A DNA stretch of 64,000 bases, from assembly GCA_002633005.1 (NCBI GenBank), contig NMRA01000390.1, forward strand, positions 207,544 through 271,543, read 5' to 3'. The position numbers and the translations under genes were made by a program. Source of the stretch: Phoronis australis (taxonomy: Eukaryota > Animalia > Phoronida). Below are positions 1-12,300 of this stretch, piece by piece. Each line of letters begins with the position of its first letter. Positions within the stretch are counted from its first letter, which is position 1. A model generated the notes under the pieces. That model was not told where the DNA came from. It ran no database searches and worked only from the letters and a program-made list of their open reading frames with translations.

Positions 1-262
1 CAACCCCCTATGTCGCAATAGTACCTATAAAACTCTCCATAAGTACAAAACACATGGCAGGAAGATCTATGCCTTTTGCTACAGTTCGAAGATTGCAGCC
101 ATTATTTTTTAACAAAAATGTCCTTGGGAAACTAACTAGTCTCAATCCACTCAAACTGGACATTAAGTACCAGAGGACATATACATACACGCAGAAGTCT
201 TGATGACATAACCACCTACTAAGCAGCATCGGCATTTTATTCCAAGCACTTTTGAACTGCAT

Positions 263-381
263 CTACTGTTGTTTACAGCTTGCCCTCTTGCCAGAAGCCG
301 AGTTCTTCCTGCCCTTTTTATCACCAGGGGAACGACGCATGCCTTGTACAGGGGCAATACCTTGTTCATCATATCCTTCAT
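263..381 (-). CDS. CCDC50: CCDC50-like terminal coding exon ending in CKQQ-stop
   Basis: tttcag acceptor; (D)EGYDEQGIAPVQGMRRSPGDKKGRKNSASGKRASCKQQ*, TAG at 263-265. Confidence 0.7.
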
Positions 382-3300
382 CTGAAATTAAGACATATGA
401 CAACTTGATTTCTGAATATTACAAAGAATAATAAATCATTACAAGACAAGACAAGACATTAATTATACGACCACAATCATGCACAAACCACAACATTTCA
501 TTCACATTTAAACATTTAATTTAAGTCATTTTCCCATTAGAAGTGAAACTTTGCTTTTACTGAAGTTTCGGTAAGTCACAGAGAAAGGTTAACTGCGGTA
601 GTTAATCTGCAAGCGAAACTTCGCTAGTAGAAAATAAAAGCAAAGCTTCGGTGAGTACCGAAGTTTCGGTGTAGTGGGAGCACTAAAAGTAAAGCTTCGT
701 TGAAGTTATCAGTAGAGATCGCGGCAACACAATACGATCACACGACACTCGCAAAATGTATTTCTTGTTATTGTAGCGCAGCCCACGTGCTCTGAATAGA
801 CGGAATTGTAAATAAATAAAAGAAAGCATATCTGATGAAGAATGGCACTGATCATTTTCATAAACACTTGTAAATGGCAGGCGAACAATTTTCAGCCTCG
901 AACAACAACTCAGTATTCGTCTGTTCGATATCGCTGTTTTGACAGAATGGTAAGCAAAGTTTTGGCAAAGAGGAAAGCGACCTTAGAAACAAACCTCATT
1001 CCATGTGTTGCTTAGATATGCATATGCTCTCAGTAGAAAGTTGAGAAACCACAGTCAAATCACAACAACACAACTGCGGTACCACATAATTACATTGAAG
1101 GCCGATCAATGCCATTATGGTTACAAGACTGTCAACAGTTAAGGACGTGTGGTCGACCTTTGGTTTTGTGACTACTTGCTTTTACCAGTTAATTCATAAA
1201 TAAATAATCATCTCCAGACAGAGAAAACAACAAGATGGCCAACATTTAACATTCAATAATTCCTGAAAAAGTTCCACGATATCTATGTAACCTGGGGCCT
1301 GGGCCTATTTTTTTCTCTAAATTGAACTCAAAATAATTTTGGCCAATTTGTATTTAATTTTTGCTATCGAGCAAACTCATTAAGTGGCCATTAGTCTGTG
1401 CTTGAGTACATAACAGATTATACGTATGAGAGTTTTGTCTGAGTGTGCACTGAATGACCCCTATATTCATGCTACGAAGTGAAAACCTGAAATTTCCAGT
1501 TAAAACTCAAACTTTTAGCCTTAATGCTGGGGCCAACTAGTGGAAAGTAATAAAAAAATAAATTTGTGTGGTCTGGTACACGTTGTACCAGATGTGCACA
1601 AGCCGCACATGAGGGCCCATTGCACTGATCATCTGGTACAGTATATTTGTGATTTATTAATACGGAGTTAAAACCGAGCTGAGGAGCTAGAGACCTGACT
1701 CAAGGGTCTAGCAGTGTGGACCAGTGGGACTTGAACTCACGACCTCGAGTACAGAAGGCGGGCACCTTTTACACTAGGCCACACTGCCTCCTCTAAGTGC
1801 AAAGTAGGATTAAACAATTATTCATGTCAGCCATCACGTACTGAAGCATTGAACAACAGACACTTATCTTGAGTTTGCACAAAAGTAGAACAGAAAATGA
1901 CAATTAGGTTATTGGATTCAGCATGGCATACATTGCACATGCAACTCAAGGGCACAGTAAGCCCCAGTTACATGACAACCCAAATGTAACTCAAGAAATC
2001 AAGAACTCCAGATTAAGAAGCTGTCAACACAGGACAAGTTTAACTAACCCTGTGGATTCCACGCTTCTTCTGCCTGTGTATAGGGTCTAGCATCCTGGGT
2101 ATGTGGTGCATCTAAACACAAAAACATTACTGCGATGCAACACAAGCATACAATCCATTTATCCAACATTGTGTGGAGAATCTGTGGTATACTGATTAAA
2201 ATAACAATAACAATACCACTTAAATGGACATTGCCTTGACGCTCAAAATAACATTAGATCATATTACTTACGGCAAAAATTCTTCCGTTTGGGACATAAT
2301 ATGGTGGACATGTGAAATTTCCTTTCGTCACATTTTTCAACAAAAACAAACAATTTTTCAGGAAAATTAGATTGCTTTTAGCACAGCTTGTATGGCATAG
2401 CTATTACCAAACAATGTTTGATAAAATTTTGAGCATTTGCAACAGTGCTACCCCTTTAAAAATAGAAATGTGGCAATTCTAGCAATTATTTTGTACCAAA
2501 TTGAAGAATTTTTACATTAACCACAAAAAACATGTCTCAGTTAACCACATAAAACATGTCTCAGTACTATTCCATACCACAATAGCAAATTATTTCCATA
2601 GCCCCAAACTGATCACCAAGGGCATCAGCAAGTATAGGTTGTTGAAAGCCATGGATTTTGACTGAGTTGCCAACCCCTCCTGCATTTGTCTGTTTCATAT
2701 CAATGCCAGGCAATCTCTTTTTATTGCACTCTTTTGACATTTAAGACCAATTTGTAAGAGCTAATCAGCTTATATAGTGGTTTAAATTTTAGGCTGCGAC
2801 CAAAGGAAATGGCGTAAAGTATTGGTTTTTTTTTTTTTGAGAACTGCGTAACATGTGACATCGTGCAGAACTACCAACAACACACAGGTCAGGTGGAATG
2901 GTTGAATCTATAGTGTGATGGTCAAAAAGACCAAACGAGATTGGGAGCAAATGGTANCATGCATTCATTTCAAGCAACATCACCAATCAATATCTGTTCA
3001 CAGCATTCCTCCAACCAGCACATAAAGCAGAACCCCTTTAAGTACTGATAATGTTAATAATCACAATCAAGTGCAATTAATTCAATTAAATAAATTTACA
3101 TGAAATACATTAACTTATGACTCATCTGTTATAAGACAAGTGTGGGAATGTCAGTGATGATTATATCAATGTAAATTAATTGAACCTACTCTGTAACTTG
3201 ATGCAAGCTTTATGTTTTGTTCTTTCAAATCAGATTTCCATGACAATCATGAACAGTTTTGCTGGAAACAATGTTCTCCAGTCATCTAAGCTTAGAGTTA

Positions 3301-6300
3301 CATGGAATAATATCAGGAAACATCACATGGAAATTTTTAAATTGAAAAATATTTCAAACACATGAGTGTACTTGATACAGTGTGCACCCTCAAATTACAC
3401 AATGATCTGTTTTTTATACTTTTATCTTGCTTTCACAGGACAAGCGTCCAAAGTTTTACATCACATCAATCAACAACCACATGAAGTTTGAGTATGATTA
3501 TTTGGGGCGCTTGAAATAGGTTTTTGGGATCTTCCTACTAGTAATAAAATTACTTAAAAACTGATATAAAAGTCGTGAAGTAGCATTCACAACAAAAAAT
3601 GGATGATCTCACAGTGGATAAAGGATATCTCATGTTTGGGAGTTGAAAGGTCTTTTAATTAATGTTCAATAATCAAAAATGTCATGGAAAGTTTTACTAT
3701 ATTCCTTACATGTGAAATTTAAATGACGTAGAAAATAAATCTGAAACTAAATACGGCAATCCAGATCCGCCCAAGGATACTATTGTTTCACGAAATGTAG
3801 AATATAAATAGGTCAATAAAACAACAAGAATGGACCAACTGAGAAATTTTCGGATGTAATAACGTCCTTTGTCAACAGAAACAGAAATAAAGGTTTGATT
3901 TTACTAAATTTATTTCTGTTTCTGTTGACAGAAGACGTTATTACATCCGAAAATTTCTCAGTTGGTCCATTCCTGTTGTTTTATTTACCTATTTAAATTT
4001 AAATGAAAATGAGTCAAACAGACAAGATTGGTGCAATGTGTCATAAGAAGTGGTACTTTCATTCAATTTACCTTTCATTCAATTTACCTTTCATTCAATT
4101 TACCTTTCATTCAATTTACCTTTCATTCAATTTAAATCTATTGTTGTCAACACAACTGAAAAAATCTCACAGGGAACAAAAGTCATGCGAATGTCACACG
4201 AGAGAATGCTATGTTCCATGTAACAATTGCCATTTGTAACATGAAGTGTGAGTTTTTGAAAGATAATAACAGCAAATTAAAAAAACATTTTGCCAATTGA
4301 AAGTAAATAATTGTTGAAATGCAATAGCAACTAAAAAGCTTTTACACCCACTTTCAATTGAATGGGGCAAAAAAAAACTTTGAGACTCTGTGAAAATCTC
4401 TTATCATTATTTTGAAATGTGCAAGTATTACCTCACAGGTATCATGATGTTTTTGTCACTTCATCTTATTAGGCACAACAAAATGAACATGGCGAAGTCG
4501 TTATTTCCGGTAATCTAGAACCCGAGTGGTGGGTTCTAGATGATAATGACCGAGAACATGTAAACCTATTTATACCACATACTGAATGACCTGCCTTTCT
4601 CCACTCACCTACATGTAATTTCTATGTCAGAGGCTCAGTGTCAGAGGTCGTGACCTTTTAAGAAACGCTGAGTCATTCTTAATAAAAGTATGCTTTAAAT
4701 TTACTCAGAAACAATTGAAAACTTAAACAAAATAGAAATAAAGTGAGCCTGTAAATGAGTTTTAAGCAAGTAGACTAACTTACTACAAATGTTACCATGC
4801 TAAACTCCCACCATGAAAATATTGTATGCTAAAGCAGGTTGGTTACTGAGTCTAATGTCCAAGTCAAAGATTCCCGATGACATGCTACCCACATTTAAAC
4901 TGGAGATTGATGATTTATAAGTGAGAGAAAATGACAGATAAGATTTACTGAATTAAAGATGTCACTTTTACTGAAAATGTACATCACATTTTTCACAGAG
5001 TAATAAATGTCAGTACAATGCAGTTTGCTGAACATGTGATAATTCAATTTTCACATAAGACGACATCAGCAGCTGAATAGCTCAGTGATTAAAGGTGAAG
5101 GCAACCTTTTTTCATGTCACTTTTAGCAAAAATAAGGTTCATTGATTATCCCAGACACATTTTTCACTTAATTACAGCTTTTCATAATTTGATTAATTTC
5201 TCGTCCTCTACTCCGGAAGTGACGTTTTGGGAGGCAAGAGTTTCGCGCCAATTTCTTTTCATTATAGTGTGACTGTGAGAGTCATTGTTCTACCTCGGTT
5301 GTGATAAGTTCGGTCGTTGTTTGCTTTTGTTTACAAGTCAGTCAACATGCCACGCTGTTGCTACGTACCGGGATGTACTCATTATCGTCTCACACGCGCT
5401 TTGGGTACCTTGCGTCGCTTTCCGAAGGATGACACACTTCACCGTACTTGGCCAGCTCGTTCATGTGAAGAACGCAGCGCTACCCGTCCAGGCAACGTAC
5501 AAACCAGTGGAGGGTTACCGAGTGTGTGCCAAGCATTTTCTGCCGTCAGATTACGACAGAGATATGTACGCTGAATTGATGAACGTCCCTGCGAAACAAC
5601 GCCTAAAGAAGAGTACCATACCGTCGCTGTTGATTCCCGGCAGTGCCCCGTCGCCAACCCCGACAAGTGCGTTTTTGAAGCCAGAAGCCTCGCGATCGAG
5701 CTGTGACCACTATATACAATGACTGAGGCACTTCATTTAATGTCACCCCTGACTCCGAACGTACCCTATTGCGTGCATTTCCGGAAAGTAGCAGTGATTC
5801 GCCCTGTGCTGTTGTCTCTAGCCTAGAGCCTGTAAGCAGCCCTGCAGCGATGTTGAGTAGTGGGAGTGAATACAGGCCCAGTTCGACACCCAGTGAAGAG
5901 GACAGTTCGTCATCCAATAAATGAACAGATCGGTGAGCCTAAGTTTGATAAGTTTATTGCGGACTTGTATTGGAGCTATTTAGAAGGTGCCAGGTGTGTG
6001 GCGAGGGAGTCACACGGCGGGATGTAAGCAGTTTGGGTGCTCAGATCACCCTCCAGTGAGAGTGTGTCGCGGGACACTCGGGCAAGTGGGACAGTTCTTC
6101 CTCTGTACATGAGACGATAATGAGTACGCAGCAACAGCGTGGCATGTTGACTGACTCGTAAGCAAAAGCAAACGACGATCGAACTTATCACAACCGAGGT
6201 AGAACAATGACTGACTCGACTGCTCTCACATTCGGACTACATGAAAAGAAATTGGAGCGAAATTCTTGCCTCCCAAAATGTCACTTCCGGAGTAGACGAC

Positions 6301-9300
6301 AAGTAATTAATTAAATTACAAAAAGCAGTAAATAAGTGAAAAATATGTCTGGGATAATCAACGAACCTTATTTTTGCTAAAAATTACATGAAAAAAGGTT
6401 GCCTTCACCTTTAAGGTGACACGAAACTTAAGTGAAGCATGTTCAAATCTGGCCTCAGGTTCCTGCTAAAATGTTAATCAACACACATTGATAAACAAAA
6501 TGGATTAACCAACAGTTGTAATTGCCATATCAGGCTGATTATGTGGTATAGATGTCATTCAGTGTATCTTTTCTAAAATGACTAACACACTCCCTTCATG
6601 GTTCTGGGTCCAAACACTATTCCAAGTTAATAACGGGATGACCCAAAAACCCGACACAAAAATGTTGCACAAAAATCAAATTTTTGGAAAAAACAAAAAC
6701 TTCAAACCTGATATCGTTGTAATTGTGGAAACATCATCCATCAAGTGAAATCTGCTGGAAAACCACTGACTTCTAATCTGAGTAATGAACTAATTGAGGT
6801 CAATTTTATAATGGTCTAAATCAAAATTTAGTTTCTTTCGCATAACCGTGGGTTTATAAAATTTGAAAAAATTGGATCATCATAACATTAACTTAAGTTT
6901 TACGGACTTGGGTTTTTGGGGTCAACCTGTACGCTGCCAAAAATAACCGAGTACCTTATTTAGCCATCCTGTATTGCTAAACATAATTGCCATATGTTAG
7001 CACAAACTTCCAACAAATAATTAAAAAATGTTGAAATTATTATTATCTTATCGAGTGTTATTTTAATACATATGTTGCTTCCACAACTAATACCATTGAT
7101 TTTGTATGAAATTTGTAATCTTGTAAGAAACAAACTCTTTTGTACACTGTATTTTTCAGAATAAACCTACGCTCTGGTAGAACTTGCACTTGCAGGAAAT
7201 CATCTGAGAAATAACATCTCAGTTCGAAGTAAACAAGCACACTGAGTTCACAAGTTCAAAACCTTAAAATAACCAATACCATTAAGTAGGAACTATTGAT
7301 TATATACCACACACGATGCCAGACACTCTGTAAGATAGCAAGAATATCAATTTACCGCAGAAAACAGAAATTGACAATGAAACCGATACCTTCTTTCAAA
7401 AACTGATCATCAATCACATTCCAGGCTGGGCAATAAAACCAGAATCTCCTCAGTTGAGGACCGTAAACTCTATGTTAAGTTGTGCTAACTTACATAGGCC
7501 AACTGGGACACTTGCATGAGCAGGCCTAAGCCACCATGTGGACTAGTAGTTACACCCTTCATGCCCAAAATGAATTACTAGGTCAACCAAGGAGAGAATA
7601 AAACTGCTTGAAAAAATCAGCGTGGTTCATTCAGTGTGGTACACTCAGCGCGGTACACTCACCGTGGCACACACAAATCTCGAGTTCTGTTTTAAAGCTT
7701 GTAAGACATAAATATCAGGCTTACCAATGAAAGCAAGTTAAACCATGATGTATGGGGCTTCAAACTTTGTTGAAGAGACATACCTGCTTCAGTTTGTCCC
7801 TTTCCTGCACAGCCGGAGGGGTTACTCCACCCCTTCTCTTGTGTTCCTGCTCTTGCAGGAGTCGAGCAATTTCCATATCTTGATCTTGTTGAAGCCTAAA
7901 CATTTACAGACAGATATTTAGCAAACATTACGGCTCTCTCTTATATTCAGCAAAGTAGTCTTAAAGGAGAATGCCGCCCAAAAATTAGATCGAGTAGTTC
8001 CACTTGAAAACAGCACGTACAGTTCTTTTACCTGACACCGTACAGCAGACGAAGGTGTTGAATTTAACCAATGATGTCACAGGTTTGAACGCAGTCAGCT
8101 CACCAGTTCACAATATGCTTACTGGTGTCAGCTTATTACTTGAATTCATCGTTACATACCAATAAATCATAAAATTTGATTAAAATCCTTACAAATACAT
8201 CCAGTTGTTGAAAAAATGTGTTGTTTTATACACTGTTACGGATTTATAGGTACTATTTGAAAGCACCGTAGCCTACAGAGTTCAGTAGGCCAATTTACCA
8301 AGGTCGGTCGCGGGAGTTTGGGGTCTGTTCAGTGATAAATTAGAATTATTCTTCGGTGAAATACAGACAGAAGAACATAGATGTGTGTTGTAATTCTAGA
8401 CTTGCAATTTTTTCAGTTCTAAACACACAAAACACTTGTTATCCCGGCCAGTTGCTCACAACCTGATCAGACCCGTCGCGGATAGACTGAAGACATCACA
8501 AACCTCAACCAGCCAAAGTTGGAAACTAAATTTCCAGTCACAAAAAAACTATACTTGTGAGCCTAAGAGATAATGAACGTGTGATTATTTTGGTGAATTA
8601 GCAGCGAAATTGCAAAATAAAATCTACTTACTCGTTGGAGGCCGCGAAGTCTCAGAACCGTCACGGTAAAAGTTGTACAGTAACAATGATTTGAATAAAT
8701 TAGTATATCAGTTCCCCTAACATCTGACCATGGAATATAAAATCAAGCTATTGTTTCGCAACAGCTTTCTGTCAGCAAAAACTGAATTAGCATGCGCTCA
8801 CACAACCTCAGTGCCCAGTGAATTAGTTTTATTGCATCTAAAGTTGGTAATGCAGTGATTTATTCATTGCTGGCTTCTCAAAACTTTTTCAGTCACCAAC
8901 ACTCCAAAGGCATTACAAATTGTATCTAATGAGACGGACTACTTCAGTTATATATTGGTTAAGGTGAGAACAATTCACCGTGAAACAGAACACCCAATGA
9001 TAAACGTCAACGTGGCAACTCACAATCCCGAATTAGACGAGTGCTCATCTGATGAAGACTTCACAGGTCGATCGTTAGGTTTGACAGGCTATCAGTTCGA
9101 ACCGGAATACACTGATCAAGAAATACCAGAGGTGCAGTGAACATGCACAGACAACAACACATATGGATAGTTCCGAAAACAGATTGAATGACTTGTCATG
9201 GTATCAGTGTGCTAACTAAATGGTTATGGAAAGGACTGACGCGTTTGCTGCCACAAAATTCGCAAGTGAAACGCCTTGTTGGAGAAGCACAGATGTGTAA

Positions 9301-12300
9301 AACGGGCCATCTTGATTTTGCACCGAATCTAAACAGAGGTATGCTTACAGCGTTTTTAGGGCTGGAAAAAAAGTATTGGCAAAACATCTTACACCCAGAG
9401 GATCAAACAGATGCCTGGCGAACGAGTAAGTCACCAAAAAGGTTAATATACAAAATAACATGTTCTCATGCCTTGAATTAATTATAATTGTTTATGTTTT
9501 CATGGCCAACTAAAGTCCTCCATAATCAAAAACTGATCAACAACTGATCCGTTTTTCTTTGTCTCCTGCCTGCCGAACGCAAACAAACTAAGCACAGCAT
9601 CTGACTTCAGCCTCAGTCTCTTTTTCTACCCTGTCATGAACCGTTTGGAAAGCCGGCATTCGTCAGTGAAATCATTGTCGACGAAATGCTGGCGAAAGAC
9701 ACGGAGATATTTCACGGTCTTATACTTGTTATTAACTTGGTATTAACGGCGTACTTATCATTCTTCGCTACCGTGAGCCACTTCCCAAGAATTATGTGCT
9801 CTCGAGGAAATCGAAAAAATGATATACCTGCTTTCCTCACAGCTTCATAGTTCGTACAAACAGGAACGACCACACCATAGCGGCACTCACTCTGCCAAAG
9901 AACCAATGATGTCGCTGCATCGTTTCTTACCTTCCTCACAGGTTAACGCAACACCTCTCACCGAGGTAAGAGCGACCGTGTACGAGGTGATGTGGATATA
10001 GATGAATTAAGACGGTAAAAAAGACTAATTAAATCAGGTGGCATTCTCCTTTAATTACACCATGTCCCTGTAATAGTGCAGCATGCAATGATGCAAGTGA
10101 TCACATAAACACACTTTTCTTTAGTGAACTTAGTATAAACGCTGGAAATACAAAATACAATAGGTGAAATACAACAACACCATGTGAAAACAGTATGGTC
10201 GTACAAAAAGAGATATTACACTAAGCAGAAACCAATTAAACACTACTTGGTTTACATATACTGAAACAAACCTTGAAGAGCACCACATGACTGGGTCCAG
10301 CACTGTGAATTATTCAGTTGATGGCCATATTGCTTTCAACACATAAAATGACAATCTCATACTTCTAATTAACAAACCTTAGTCATTCTCATTAAAACTC
10401 GATAATTATTTCTAATCCAAGAACAAGTTGAGACTCCTAAAGCAGAAAGTTAGTGTCTTTGTCACTGAAAATTGTCTATGATGGAGTAAAGTTTTTAATT
10501 CCATTAATGATAACTTAAGATTTTCACAATGCGTGGACAGAAAACACTTGTGAAAGACCACCTTAGTTCTTCATCCTTGTCCAGTGGTTCGGCTGGTTTG
10601 ACGTAGAAGTCAGAGAAGTCACCAGTATCTTCTATTGTTGGACTCACACTACCAGCATCAGCCTCATCTGAAGTTAGGATAGAATTTACAATTTATGATA
10701 CGGCTGTCACAAGTAGAAATAGACTCATTGCATTGATGAGGAAAAGTGGTCATATGTCATTTTCAGGAAAGACACAAAAAATAGAATTATTTTAGTTTGA
10801 GAAGCCAGAAAAAGTAGATGTGAAACTCAAAATGCGCATAAGGACTATGTTATACATTTGACCCAGACGTGGAGCGACTGATCTAGATTGTACCCTTGGT
10901 TTCAGATAAGTTGCAATTCACTATCCTCACATATAACCTGGGATTGGATTGGCCTGATGCCAGTTATTTTAAATGCCCTCCACCAACACAACAGAAACCC
11001 ATGAGAGTCTGGCCTCACAGCAAGGTAGTTCTTATCTCACTCTTCCATCATAACTCAGTACAAAATACTATATACGTTGTGATCAAAGCTGATGCTTCAA
11101 TGCTTTGGTAGTGTCATTAACTATACTCATGACAAGTAGTCTAACTGGAAATCTCATTATCAAGTTGCCCACACCCCAACCAATGTCAACACAACTCACT
11201 CAATCACCTTGAGGTGTTTTGACCAACAAGGACTCTCTATCTTTCTCTGCAAACGACATCAACATAACTCATTAATCCTTTTGTCAACTATAGCTCTTTC
11301 CAGACCTTTTTCTAGGAAGTGTCCAGGGCATACTTATGAACACCCCGACTTCAGTTGGTACGTCGTATTCAGTATTTGGACACCCAAGTGAAGTAAGCAA
11401 ACAAACATGGTTGTCAGCAGCAGTCCTGGGAGCTCATTGGCCAACCCAGAACAAAAAATGGTTCCGAAATGATAAAAGATACAAAAAGCTTTAGTGCAGA
11501 GTGATGTCTTAATAGTAAGATACCACAGTTTGACTTGGGGGTCATAAAAACGCTGTTGTGTGTCACTGGTCACAGACAACCTGATAAATTGAGATTAACA
11601 CATTTTTGGACGCCCTATTATTAAAATCCTGGATGAATCCCTGGCTCCTCTCCATACTAATCCTGGATGTACCCCTGGCTCTTCTCCACCCAAATCCTAT
11701 ATGAACCCCTGGCAACTCTCCATCCTAATCTTGGATGAACCCCTGGCTCCTCTCCATCCTAATCCTGGATGAACCTCAGGCTCATTTCCCTCTGAATCCT
11801 GGATGAACCCCTGGCTCCCATCCATACACCTCCTAGATGAACCCTTGACTCCCCTCCATCCCACTCAACTAAGCGCATCAATTCCACAAACCTGAGCCCC
11901 TCCTATGAGAAGGCATGTGAACACCAAGATCAGTGCTGTGCTGTGCGATAGCCTTCTCTATTTTACGACGTTCTTTCTTCAACTCCCATTCTCTTTTACG
12001 TTGTTCATACTTCGCTTCTTCCCTTCTTTGCAATTTTCTTGCAAGTTGCTACAACACAAACATCAAGATATCAAAACAATGACACCTTCCTAATCTTCAC
12101 CTACATATCGAGTGTAATTAATGCAAATCGTTAAAGATCTGATTCTACAACAACTTTAAAATAAAGTCTGAACTTTTAAAGATGTTCAATTTTTATTTTA
12201 GTCGCAGCCATTACGCATTCAAAATATCATAAGATTCGGAATCAATCCTTACTTGAATTTTCATGTCTCAAAAAAATTGACAAACTTCGATTTTGTGTGT

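Noticed and set aside
163-381. ORF MKDMMNK.. as a stand-alone gene
   Set aside because: Its ATG coincides with a splice acceptor junction; the shifted frame gives a more protein-like C-terminus. Kept only as an alternative frame
7167-7203. 37-nt AG..GT segment that would fix the phase conflict
   Set aside because: Weak donor, and the peptide (MISCKCKFYQSV) is unlike the rest of the protein; probably chance
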